The notes below the pieces were generated by a model. It had not been told where the DNA came from. It was given only the letters and a program-made list of their open reading frames with translations, and ran no database searches. A stretch of DNA of 60,866 bases, filler included, from Ionaspis alba (lineage: Eukaryota): assembly GCA_964255285.1 (NCBI GenBank). It is 7 parts of 7 records of this genome, joined end to end, with 100 filler letters (N's around TTAATTAATTAA, not from the genome) between each part and the next. Parts side by side here need not be neighbours in the genome. Positions count along the whole stretch, not along the records: positions 34,868 to 43,468 come from CAXUUL010000726.1; positions 43,569 to 52,169 come from CAXUUL010000727.1; 5 more parts are not named here. One strand, given 5' to 3'. The translations under genes were made by a program, and so were the position numbers. This document shows positions 34,928 through 47,605 of the stretch, piece after piece (positions within the stretch are counted from its first letter, which is position 1; the number at the start of each line of letters is the position of its first letter).

Positions 34928-37900
34928 ATGAACATTGCAAAGCTTGTCCGGCAGGGTGGGCCGTCTAGGACTGATGGTCTCCCCTCCACAAGAGAACTCC
35001 TCGAAGATCCTAGCAGCTCCTATCTTCGAGAGCTGACTTCTCCAAAACATGCCGAGGCTGAGTGTGTCTTGCAAAACTCTTCTCCTTGTGTTGTAGCTGA
35101 AGCGAGTGTTTAGTCTCGTCGCTGTGCATGGACTGAACTTCGCAAACGCCAATGCGTTTGGAGTTAGGACCTGGACTGCTGGCGAGAAAGGGGCGGAGAG
35201 ACTTTGGCTCAAGGATTTCCTGCCTCACCGGCTGCCCAACGTTCGAGTGCTTCTGTTTGCCTACAATTCCAATGTCGCCTTCAATACAAGCAAGATTGGT
35301 GTTGGCAATGTTGCTGAAGACCTCTTACATAAGCTATGGACCAAGCGTCAGGTTCGAAGGACTCTGATATGAATGGAAAAGGGGAGAGGTTAATGAATTT
35401 CCTGCAATGATAGTCTGCCCCAGACCGCCCGTTGGTCTTTGTGTGCCACAGCCTTGGAGGACTTGTGGTGAAACGAGTACAGCTTGAAGCTACCACTTCT
35501 GCCTACAATGCGTTCTGTGAAGCTAAAGTTGTCTCCAGGCAATGGTGAAAGCGAGAAATCTTTCCAGATACTCTGCCATCAGCCAATCAGCCAAGAGCTT
35601 TGCATTCTTCTCCACTCCGCACCGGGGCGGCCATGGGGCAGAGGTAGGGCAAGCTGCTGCCGGTCTGGTGAGACGCCTAGGAATGAACCCTCGAACAGGG
35701 ATCTTGGAAGCGTTACGAAAAGACTCCCACATAGCTCCCGATGTCAACAACGACTTCGTTGATGGACAAGACAATTACCGTATTTGCAGTTTCTATGAGT
35801 GTAAGCCAATGCCTCCACTCACTGCATTGGTAAGTGGCTCGACCTGCCCTTAGGCGGAGTCAACGATTCAACCTCCGTGCCTCAACTCTATTACTCCCTC
35901 AATGTCACACTAACGATCATCAGGTTGTTGAGAAGTCATCCGCCATTCTTGGTCTTGGACCAGCGGAAACGAGGATCCCCTGCATAAATGCCGACCACTC
36001 TACAATATGTAAATTTGCATTCGAGGACGAAGACTACATGTTTGTTATCAATGAAATCGAAGACCTTGTTTCCTGGGCAATGAAGCAAGTTGAAGGCCTC
36101 CCAGCGGGAACAGACAGCTTTTCAAAACCCGTATCCATCTCATCCACAACCTATGAACCCCGTCTAGAGTCGAGCAACTCCTCTATAAGTCAGCACGTTC
36201 TCGCCTTAACGAATGCCAATGGCATTGATTTCTCTACCACAGACAACAATGATTATTCTCAACTTCCTTCGGTGTCGGATCGACAAGCGCGAAAAGGGCC
36301 ATTCTTTCTGGTACCTTACTTCCAGAACCCTAATTTCGTTGGGCAGGAATCAGTTCTACACTATTTGAAGCAAGTGTTCAATCCTTCAATTCACTCTCAT
36401 GTCCAGGTTGGATTGTACGGTATGGGAGGAGTAGGGAAAACACAAATAGCTCTAGCGCACGCCTACTGGTATCAGATCAATTTCCCCGAGCGATCCGTTT
36501 TTTGGATCCAGGCAAACGACGCTGATCAGCTCGTCAATTCAATGGATTTGGTCGCGGCACATTGCAAGATCTCTAGACCCGAAGACACTACTGGGGGCAT
36601 GCTAGCACGAATGAGAGACTGGTTATCAGATCCAAGCAATGGCCATTGGCTTGTCATTATCGACAGTGCTGATAACGCCGAGACATTCTCCAAGTACTCA
36701 GAGAACAGCAAAGTTGCAGTTGGGTCTCAGATCGGCGTGCATAAGCCTTCATTCATAGGAGTCGAGCATTATATTCCTGTCTCCTCTCACGGTAAAATCC
36801 TACTCACAACCAACAACAAGTCGGCAGCAGAGCAATTGATCAAGGGCGAACACATCGTCCAGGTTCACCCGATGGACAAAGCAAATGCTTCTGCGCTTCT
36901 TCGTCAACGATTGCCAGAAAAGGACATATCAGATCTCAGCATCCATCATCGAGCAAAAGTCTGGCTCAACGACGATCTCGAGAAACTTGCTCTGCACCTT
37001 GACCACCTGCCGCTGGCCCTGGCGCAAGCAGCTTCATACATGCGCGAGAATTCACAGAGTGTTGAAGAATATCTTGAGCTCATAGAGCATGACGAATCGA
37101 AGTTGACCGGTCTTCTCGCCCACGACTCGCAACGCGACGGCAGGACTGACGATCTATCGAAAGCCATTCAATCCACATGGAATGTGGGCTTTAACCAAAT
37201 CGGAACCCAGTGTAAATCAGCAGCTGACCTCCTCTCGCTCATGGCATTTTTCAGCGGGCAACGCATCCCAGAATTTCTGTTACGACACTTCCAGACTGAT
37301 GAATGGCAGCTCAAACAGCAATCTCTGAAGACCCTTCTCGCTTATTCTTTCATAACTGCCTCGGAGAACGGGACCTACGGAGTACACAGGCTAGTACAGC
37401 TTGCAATGCGTAAACGCATGTCCGCCGAAAGAACAGAACGCCGTTGGGCTGTTGAGGCACTCCGTCTCTTGTCTGACGCCTTTCCAGATGGAGAATATGA
37501 GTCTTGGGAAGTCTGCGCCGCTCTCGTCCCACACGCGTTGAAAGCCCTGAACTACAAACATTACGACCGTGATGAAGATATTATCCTCGGCACTCTTCAG
37601 GGGAGGATTAGTCACTACTATGTTCGTCAAGGACTTTTCTACCAGGCAGAAGGATGGAGCCGCAAGGCGCTGGACAACATGGCATTGGCGCCTGCTGTAA
37701 AACAGGAGAATATCTGGGCTGTCAAGTCCAACCGGGTTTTGGTGATGAAAGAATTGGGGAGGTTTGAAGACGCTGAGGATCTCGCCCAAGAAGTTTGGAG
37801 AGAGCGTAGTGCTGCTCTAGGTCCTAAACATAAGGACACTCTCAAGAGCATGGTAACGTTGAGTTTGATCTATCAGGAACAAGGGAGGTATCTCGAGGGA

Positions 37901-38866
37901 GCCAAGGCCATGCGGAAAATATTGAAGATCTTGGAGAGAACCTTGGATGTGAATCATGTTGAACTCTTTGCTGCGAAGATAAGATTATCGTCTAGTCTTC
38001 AATTTCTTGGGCAATATGCAGAAGCTGAGAATTATGTACGCCAAGCCGTGGAAGGTTACATGAAGATTCTTGGACCTCGCCATCCTCACACTTTGAAGGC
38101 TCAATGGTGCCTGGCGCGGATCTACCATGCTCAAGGCAGATATGCTAAGTCGGAGGCTGTCAATTTCGAAACTTGGACAGCCCAGAAAAAGGTTTTAGGG
38201 CCAGATCATCCCGAAACGATCAAATCCCGCCACTCCTACTCGAACGACCTTCAGGCCCAGCACAGATTTTCCGCAGCAGAATCTCACATGCGCGAGATCC
38301 ACAGCAAAGCTGTCGAGCTAGTCGGTGCCAGCCACAACTACACTCTCTTCGCTGCGTCGAGCCTTGCCTCGTGCCTAATGGCATCAAGCATAGAAACCAA
38401 GCCCTCAAACCCGGAACAATTAGCAGAAGCGGAGCATCTGTATCACCTCACATTACTTGATCGAGAGAAAGATCTTCGCCTCGATCATCCAGTAACTCTG
38501 TCTGCCAGGACCGATCTAACGATCGTGAGACGGTTGCGAGGGCAAGTCCTGCTGAGTGATCTGGAGACGACAGAGCGAATGACTTCGAGCAAGCTCAAGA
38601 TCGTGTTGGGCAAGGAGCATCCCTTCACACTACGGAGTCGAGACAATCTGGCAAGAATCTTGTGGATGCAGAAGACTAAGGAGAAGCAGAAGGAGGCTCT
38701 TCAGATAGCGAGAAAGATATTCGAAATCTCCAAGAAGCAGTTTGGTTGGAGTCAGGAACGGACGAAAGCGGCAGCGGAGCTGGTACTGGATATGTTGCCG
38801 GAAGGGAGAGAGAAGCAGGATTTGGCGGATAAAATTGCGACGAAGACGGATACTGCATCAAAATGA
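34928..38866 (+). CDS. Fungal NLR-like STAND protein: SesB-like alpha/beta hydrolase, NB-ARC, TPR repeats; 5 exons
   Basis: Spliced LVAVHGL, WLKDFLP..RVLLFAY, RPLVFVCHSLGGLVVK, FFSTPHRG, SFYE, ADHSTICKF; NPNFVGQ, P-loop GMGGVGKT, Walker B WLVIIDSAD, HLPLALAQAA, VHRLVQ; TPRs with LGxxHPxT. Start uncertain (near contig edge). Confidence 0.9.
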
Positions 38867-39492
38867 ACTACTACAGCACTACCAGCTGTTCCAATCCATG
38901 CGATATGGGACGCTCGTGATGTGGAACTCTGCAGGTTGGTACTAGCTGAAGACTGAGTTTAGCACAAGGACTGATCCATAATCACTAGTGCATAATTGGC
39001 ACGCCTGCTGCATGACCGGACAGGAAGAATCTCTCTGGTCCGTGGTTTTTGATTGCAGAATGACCATTCATTGTCTATTGAAGTCACTGGACGAGGCTGC
39101 CATCCCACTACGGCATGAGGGAATGTTGTTTTGGACCCGATTTTACAAAAGTCATTCATATGCCAGCGCTACAACTTTCAGCCTAGCTATAGGTAAGTGG
39201 TATTTGGAGTCCGTTGCATGATCGTGCAGTCTTTGCATCCGCACACCCTTGACACGTTCTTGTTTGTATGGTCGTAGTCTCAACAACACCATGTTCTCCT
39301 CCAGTCCCAGTAAACACCGGTGAGAAAGCCGTCCAATATCTAGTGACTGCCGAGTTCGCTTGCAATCTTGAGCCTCAAAGAATCTGACAGCATATATCCT
39401 GAGCCCACGTGCCACTTCGATGGTCCCGATGAAGATCTATTGAACTAAGGGCAAAATTGTGGTGAAGGAAGGACTCATAAGGGCAAAAAATT

Positions 39493-39591
39493 TAGTCCTA
39501 GTGGGGGTCGAACCCACGACATTCGCATAACATTGCCATATAGACGTGAAATCCATATAAGAACGACGCGCTACCACTGCGCCATAGGACT
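39493..39591 (-). tRNA. tRNA-Ile(UAU) with a 27-nt intron (39555-39529)
   Basis: Cloverleaf AGUCCUA/UAGGACU, D arm GCGC-AGUGGUA-GCGC, anticodon loop CU-UAU-A^A, T arm GUGGG-UUCGACC-CCCAC; downstream TTTTTT Pol III terminator. Confidence 0.95.
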
Positions 39592-39766
39592 TTCGTCATC
39601 AAATAATGTTCCTATTGTCAAGTATAATCAAATAAAATGTCTCCGCTCACGACTACAAACTGATGCTGTGCAACTCAGAGAGCTCTTGCCCTGATAATTC
39701 AGGACCCGATCGTAGCCATCGATCAACAGTCATGCGGCGCTACGAAACACTCGACCTTCCAGGAGC

Positions 39767-42700
39767 ATGGCCCTGACGCATCGCGATATAGCCATAGCAG
39801 CAACCGGTATCTTCATCGCATGGGGCTTCCTCACCCACTGGGCGCCGGTCTTGCGCTATCTGGGATACGCGTTCATAGGTGGCGCTGTATTCTCCAGCAT
39901 CGGCATTGCAGCGCTGTTTATCTTGAGCACAAGACGCAAGCAAGATGTTCAGCGCGACTTCGCCCGAAGTGCGCAGACGGCTGCCTTTGTCTCACCGACG
40001 GCCTGGCAGGCGGAAACAGACTGGCTCTTCAAGAATGCCGAGTACAAACGTGAATCCCTGTTCCCATCATCTTTCGTCGTGTCAGAGGGCATCGATGGTC
40101 TGCTCGATCTTGTCCTCAGAGACTTCGTTACCTCTTGGTACAAGAACATTACGCCGAGTCCGAGCTTTACCAATGAGATAGATAAAGCCGTGAGAATAGC
40201 ATTGGTGAATATCAGGAAGAGGATTGAAGGCCAGGACATAGCGGAGGTAATGGTTTCGCGTTTTGTCCCGATTATTACGGCCCATCTGAAGGATTTCTAC
40301 GACGCAGAGCATGCGGTCAGAGGGAAGAAGTTAAACCGCAACGTTACAGAGTCAGAAGAGCTGGATCTGGCAATTGCTTCTAAATACAAGGACGGGAAGC
40401 TTCATCCGGCGGTCTCATTGGCATATTCAGACACGAAGCTTGTGCAACAAGAATACTTAAGGAAATTGGTGCTGCGGATCATGCCATTGTTGCTCCCGGA
40501 GAGCATACTGAAGAGTCGGGCTGCTGCTGTTTTGGTGAAAGAGCTAGTGTCCTGTGCTGTGCTTGGCCCTGTTATGCAGCTACTGTCTGATCCTGATACG
40601 TGGAACCAATTGATGGAGGCATATGTATGAATTCTTGTCGTTACGTGTCTCGAACCATTTTCTAACTAGGTCAGGGTCGAACTATGCTACAAGACCGCAA
40701 GTCGGTCCGCAAACTTCGAGCGGCTCTAGACGAGCATGCTTCACCGGCTCCGAAAGCTTCAAAAATGCACACCTTCCCCAAAATATCACCACACGACGAT
40801 GAGCGGCGATTCGAGAGATTCATACGTGCTATTCGCCAATGTAACAATTTATCTGATGCGAGAAGATTCCGAAGTGAGGTGGCGAGTCAATTGAAGAGAG
40901 AGTCTATGTTGGAAGGACAAGATCATGTTTATCTTCGAAGACTGGAGACTGGCAAAAGGGTTCTCGACCAGAGAGTAGCCAAGTTAAGTGCTGTGGGGAG
41001 CTCCTCCAGGCACCAGGTTTCTCACTCCGACTTTGGCAATGGACAAATAATACCCCGTATGGCCAAAGCTTCTATTCGAGATGTCTTGCATGACGCGTCA
41101 GGCTTGTCGTATTTTATGGAGTATATGGATAGGCATCGATTGATGACACTAGTACAATTCTGGGTAGTTGTCGATGGTTTCCGCAATCCCCTAGAAGACG
41201 ACTTCTTCGAGGAGAGCCATCTTGAAACCCCAACTCATTGGGCAGAATCAGATCGACAAGATATAGCTCAGATTACTGAGGCCTACTTCACCAAACCAGA
41301 GTTGAAAGTACCACAGTCCTCTCGGGAAGTGGTTCGTCAATTCCTCAAGGCTGGCCGTGATGCAACTCCAGCTCAATATGCAAGAGCCCGCAGCGCTGTT
41401 CTCAGAGCACAATCGGCGGTCCTGGAAGAAATGGAAGAGAAACATTTTCCAGGGTTCCGCACATCTGATCTGTACTACAAGTATCTGACATCAGACGATG
41501 GGTCATCGAAAGTCATTGCTAGAGCAGCACCAAGAGTCTTGAAACCTCCTTCTGTACCGTCAATAGCAGAATCACCAACAAGAAGGGGTTTCAGTTCCCG
41601 TCCTATATCCAGAGCCAATTCTGGCCAACCGGATCTTCGGAGGAACGCTGCATCCTCCAGCGACCTGAAATCCTCCGTGAAGTCGTTCGAAGATCATGCT
41701 CCGCAGCACCAGAGACGGTCTTTTGAGGCCAACCATTCAATCCCACTATTTGACGACGACATAGAACCAGAACCGCTTGCGAGATCAACACAAAGTCTAG
41801 ATACGGATTCTCTGAACGGGGATCAGAACGGCAACAATCAAGCACAGATGGTGGAGGCAATGGAAGCCGCATTGACAACCATCATGACGGACGGTCCGCA
41901 GGATGATGATCCTAGGGATTCACTTTTCGAGTCTTCGGACATGAGCTCTTCCATATTCGATAAAGAAACCAATTCTCCCAATGGGTTTCTTGAATTCAAG
42001 AAATCCGAACCTGCAGCTCCTGGAAAGGAACGTGAACGGCCGAACTTGGCCTCTCTAGGTCTAGTCAATACTTCTTCTCGTATAGGGGTCTTTACAGACG
42101 ATGACCTCTTCGGTGATGAGGAGAAGTTCATCGAAGACGAGCATACAGATCCAGAGGAGTTCATCGATGAAAAGGAACCTGAAGACGAAATCCACGAAGC
42201 CGCTCCCGGTGATCTCGGATTAGCAGAAGCCATTTCCGCCTTGACAGTCGACATCGACCGTCTCATCGCCCAAGAATCCGTTGTCGACACTCTGACCCGC
42301 AAAGCCGAACTAACCAACAACATCGCCGAGCTACGCATCCTCGGCAAATCCAAATCGAGCCTGCAGCGTGAGATCCGGCGCAAAGAACTGCAACGCCAGC
42401 AATACATCGTACAAGAAAGCGACAACAGCTTGTACGGGCGAGCCAGCGTCGACATCAAATCCATCATGGTCGGCAAAGAAGACGACGGCCAGGAATTCGC
42501 GCTGTACGTCATCGAAGTGCGCCGCAAAGCCGGCAGCGACGATGCGCAAACCTTCGCTTCCTGGGCCGTCGCCAGACGCTACAGCGAGTTCCACGATCTG
42601 CACCAGCGCCTCCGCAGCATATACCCTACCGTCCGCACTCTCGACTTCCCACGCCGCCGCCTCATCATGAAGCTGCAGCGGGAATTCCTCCACCAGCGCC

Positions 42701-43468
42701 GCATCGCACTCGAACGCTACCTCCGCGCTCTGCTCCACCTCCCCGCCGTCTGCCGCTCGCGCGACCTCCGCGCGTTCCTCTCCCAACAAGCCATCATCTC
42801 GACCACGGATCTCGGCCGCGACGGCGAGCGCCGTGACATCGTCTCCCGCATCTACAATTCCGTCACCGACGGCATGGACGAGTTCCTAGGCAACATCCCC
42901 ATGCTCGACCAGCTGTCCATCGCAGGCCAGAATCTCATCTCGGCTGCCACGAGCCAGTACAACGCCAATCCCTCCTCAGTCGCCGCGTCCTCGACCGCCG
43001 ATATCGACGCAAGTACCAATAGTGGTGGTGGTGCTGGTTTCGAAAGCCCCGTCTCAGCAACCGCAGAAGCCCGCGCCGAACTCGACGCCTTCGACCACCC
43101 CTCCACGCTCGAACCCTTCGTCGCGCCTCTCTCCGCCCTCTTCCTCGAACTCTTCGACCTCCACCGCTCCGCAAACTGGCTGCGCGGGCGCGCCGTCGTG
43201 GTCGTTCTGCACCAGCTTCTTGGGGGGACGGTGGAGCGCAAGGTCCGCGAGACGCTCCACACACTCTTCTCGGATGCCTCGGTACTGAAGTATATCGCGC
43301 TTGCGAGAGATACGCTGTGGGTTGATGGGGTGTTGGTCCGGGATAGGAAACCGAGGACGGAGGGTGAGAGGCGGAAGAGTCGCGGGGAGGCGAGTGTGAT
43401 GCTGGCGACTTTGGTGCCGGATTTGGCGGCTGGTGTGGTGGGGAGGCAGAATGCGTTGGGGGCTGGGA
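39767..43468 (+). CDS. Mdm1/SNX13-14-25-like sorting nexin (TM, PXA, RGS, PX, nexin-C), 3'-truncated
   Basis: N-terminal TM; LRDFVTSWY (PXA); GLSYFMEYMD..LVQFW (RGS); WAVARRYSEFHDLHQRL..FP..RRIALERYL (PX); WLRGRAVVVVLHQLLGGTVE (nexin-C); one intron near 40625-40673. Confidence 0.9.
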
Positions 43469-43568
43469 NNNNNNNNNNNNNNNNNNNNNNNNNNNNNNNN
43501 NNNNNNNNNNNNTTAATTAATTAANNNNNNNNNNNNNNNNNNNNNNNNNNNNNNNNNNNNNNNNNNNN
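43469..43568. other. Artificial contig linker
   Basis: N44-TTAATTAATTAA-N44. Confidence 0.98.
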
Positions 43569-43576
43569 CCCCTAAA

Positions 43577-46170
43577 TCAAGCATACCTCACACTCGGCCC
43601 CGCCCCCCAGCCATACCCGCCTTGATACCTCGGCGGTATGGGCGGCGGCCCCTGCTGCCCACCACCCCATGCACCCTGCACCGGCTGACCTCTCCATGCC
43701 TGCGGTGGCGGATACCCATGGCCCGGCCAAGCCTGCATGGGGGGGCTAGCAGTTTTCCTTCTCGGAGCGGGCCGGCGCGGACGACGACACCGACGGACGA
43801 TGCAGCCGAGGATTAGGATCAGCAAGAGCCCACCGAGACCGGCGCCGATGCCGATGACGAGGGGTTTGTTGTCGTTGATCCAGGAGGAGACTTCTTTGAG
43901 GGTGGAGGAGTTTTTGCATTGGCCCTGTTTTTCCCTTTCCCATCAGTAACTGGTCACTTGTGACGGAAATCCCCCGCAAGAGAAAGGGATAGATAGAAAA
44001 GGTGTGGGGGGAGGGGAAGGAAGAAAGAGAGAGAGAGAGAGAGAGAAGAAGAAGAGACATACATTCGCACAAGTCCCACCCCCCCCACAAGCCGTGCCAT
44101 CCAAAAAATTCTGCTGCATACTATAGCACTCCCCAACACCAAACTGCGGACTGGCGCACGAAAGCGTACAATCCTGACTATTACAAGCATAGGTATCATT
44201 ATTGCTCGTATAGCTGCCCATCAAAGTCTTGCACTGCAAATCCCGACTCGTACACTGGCCACTGGCACAGCTCAAACCGTTCCCACAATCCTGCCCATTC
44301 GGCGCCGTGCTATCAACCGGACACGTGGCATTGGTGCCCGAGCACGTTTCCTGGGGATCGCAGGAGCCGGTGCTGGGACGACAGACGGTTCCCTGGGGAG
44401 CGAGTTGGCAACTGTGGCAGCAATCTTCGTTGGCGTCGTCGCAGACGGCGCCGGTGTTGAATTTGCAGGTTGTGGGGTTGCAGCACTTGTTGGAGCCGCA
44501 GCCGGTGGGCCCGCCGCAGTCGCAGTCTTCGCCTTCTTCGACGATGCCGTTGCCGCATTGGTGGCCGGTGATGGTCGTCACGCCCTTGTTGTCGGCGAGG
44601 CAGGTCGATTTCACGGAGTTGCGGAGCAGGGCCGAGCAGATGTTGCCTACCGTGCAGGGACTGAAGGCTGTGATGCCGACGCCGGTGGAGGGGTTCATGA
44701 TGAATTGCGCGTTGGCGTTGCAGGTGGAGCTGCTGAGGGGACAGCATTGTTGCGCGTTGACGGTGTTGCCGTCGGAGCAGGTCTGCTGGTCGCAGTCGTG
44801 CACGGCGCCGAAGGTGTGCCCGGATTCGTGCGCGATTACTTGCCATTCCGTGGAGGTGCGGGCGACGACGTTAGCGCCGCTGACGGTTTCCCCTTGCCCA
44901 GAGGTGATGTCTGAGACGCAGGCTTGGCCCAGCCAGGCGAGACCTACTTCGGCGCCGGTGGGACAGTTGGTGAGGAGGGTCCAGTAGGCGTTGTTGTCTT
45001 TGCGTTCGCCGCGCCATTGCGAGAAGGAGTTGAGGCGGGTCGTGATGGTGTTGTTGCCACCGCAGCCGACGTTCCAGGGGACGGCTTGGGGAGGGGAGCC
45101 TGGACAGGCGGGGTCCATGATGGTGAGGTTTTGGAGGCCGAGAGTGATGTTGAAGGTTTTTTCGTAGAGGTCTGAAGCGGAGTTGATTTGCATGATCACG
45201 TTTTGTCTTGCAGATTCTGTTGAATTGAAGGTAGCGGTATAGGAACAGTCGGTGGCAACACCGATCAAAGCAACCTTTCTGGTATTGGGACATCCTGCAG
45301 TGCTGCCAATGGAGGACTTGAGATTGACGCCACCAGAGTTACCGCCAGTGGGGAGTCCACTGGTATCGATTTGCCTCTTGCCGAATAACGAACGAACGTC
45401 CATGGAGCCCCAGGATCCAGCCTCACGCTTCAGCATCTTCGTATATATCGGATGCTGAGGGTCCATGTTGAAGTTGAGCTTATGCGCCGAACATGTCAGA
45501 GCGTCGTCCTCCCTTCGCTTCAACTCGATATGTTGACTTCCATCCCGTCCAACATCCGAGTCCCGAAAGACAACCATAAATTCATCATCGCTATGCTCGA
45601 GATGCGGATCCAGCGAGTGTTTCGTCTGCATGTAGTTGGACCGTAACTGAATGTGGTGAGAATCGTGCGCTATCGTAAAGGCACCCTCAAACAACGGATC
45701 GACGCCATCCCTCCGGACTGATATCCTAGCCCAGCCGACATTACTCCAACTCCCATCTCGTTCTTCTATCCACGTATGACCTCGGAATATCTTATGCTCG
45801 TTGCGATCGATCGCCTCCGTCCTGACGATGTTGCCATCCTGATCTAAATAGTTGACCGAAGCGCCCTCGGCCACGATGCCGTGACTCGGCTCGAGGGTCA
45901 GCTTTATCCGCTGCTTCTTTCTATGCAGGTTGAGTGTTATGTCGAAGTGGGAGTTGGCATGTACACGGTGTGAGGGTGTTTGTATTATAGGGTTTTCGAT
46001 GAGGGAGAGGTATTTGAGGGGTTGTCGACTTTGCGAACTCGCTGCAGGTACAACAAAGTCAGCAAACCGGCATATCAGGGTTTGAGAGTGTTCGACTACT
46101 CACCACTGGCAGTATCAAAGAGTGAGGCAATCGCCCCGACGACTGCAAAGAGTCGCCATGACAGTTGCAT
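43577..46170 (-). CDS. Fungal ADAM metalloprotease-disintegrin (ADM-B/Mde10-like), type I membrane protein; 3 exons
   Basis: Signal peptide from ATG 46170 (MQLSWRLFAVVGAIASL); KR processing site; zinc motif HESGHTFGAVHD with Met-turn FIMNP; CGNGIVEEGEDCDCG disintegrin; TM LVIGIGAGLGGLLLILILGCIV; Pro/Gly tail. Confidence 0.93.
44027..44046. repeat. (GA)10 microsatellite in the last ADAM intron
   Basis: Direct read of the GA run. Confidence 0.9.
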
Positions 46171-47605
46171 AACGAAAGGCACCGGGTGCAAGACCTGGGC
46201 CGTGAAGCGCCTTTGCTTTTTTGCCCCCCTCCAGTCTGAGAAAGAGTGCCTTTCGATATCGGTTGTCTAGGATACTATGCACAGAGTACTTCGGGAGACT
46301 AACAGGAAAGAGAGTCGACGAAAGGACAATGAGTGTATTGGTAAGATACGAAAGATGCTTAGGTGACGAAGAAGAGACAGGATTGAACGAATGAATGGAA
46401 TGGTGGTAGTGAAGATGGGGTGGCTTCTGGCTCAGCCGGCTTCCGTTTACGAGGAATAGGGCAAGTGAGGAAGTGTCAGCAATGCACACGGCTGGACCGA
46501 CCCCTGGTAACGCCTAGCACGTCTTTCTCTTTCGCTGTGCTTTTTCCTGCTTGGACGACGAGGGACAAGGCGTTGCCGCGCGGAGGGTGGCTACAAGAGT
46601 ATTAGCGGGGAATTTAGCGAGTGGATTAGTGGGTATTCCCCGGAGGATCTGTGGCAGTGGGGGGGACTATCGGGTTCAACTAAGATATTTGCATACTAGA
46701 AAAGCTGTTGGTGTTCTGTATATAGTAACAGTCATCCTCGACCACGATTACATGCAACTACAATAAAGATGCTATCTTCACAGCATTGCGAAATAGCAAA
46801 GTCCACGTTGTCATTCGCTCAAGACTTTGGAGCAAATAAAACCAAATGATATCGAGGCATAAATGCTCTCAAGGGGCGGTTGTCCAGGGGAAACAGGATT
46901 GATTTCAGGTTCATGCAAAGCATGCATCCTCCAATCGCCCTGGCCGGCACATGAAGCTTGGTGAGTGGTGGTTCTTTACTTTTGGTCGCTACATCAACAT
47001 GCAACACTCCGTTCTCCTTTTCGTGTTTCATAACTGTCCTTCTTCTCGCCATTTTCCAATCACTGTTTGTCGATATTAACGGTCGAATGCATACAAGTAC
47101 TTTCATTCCTGGCACAGATACATGGAGGATCATTGTTTCTGTCACGGCTTGCGTGTTCCAGCAGTCGATGTGGGGCGGGTTGTGTTCTTGGAGGAAGGCT
47201 GGGCGACGATGGGGAGTACGCAATCATCTGAGTAAGATAGAGGATCTCGTGACCAATAGGTGGAGTCCATCCACACAGAAGCATCAATCGGAATTGTTTC
47301 GATCCATCATGTGGAAACAAATTCGCCTTCACAAGGCCAAGGCATGACTCCGCAAAACCCGTCTATGCCCTTCAAATCAAGTCCTCAGCACCGACTCAAT
47401 TGCTTCGAACTAGGGACCAATGACATTGAAGTTTTGATTTTCATGAGATTTCCTAGATTCCCTAGCCTCCCGAAAACTTATAGACATATCCAATTCACAA
47501 TCCAATTCACAATCCCACGTCCATACCACAAATCCAAGGACATTTCCACCACCACACGATCCAAGTATATGTCCGAACCTCACCTTGCCTCCTTTACATA
47601 TCCAC

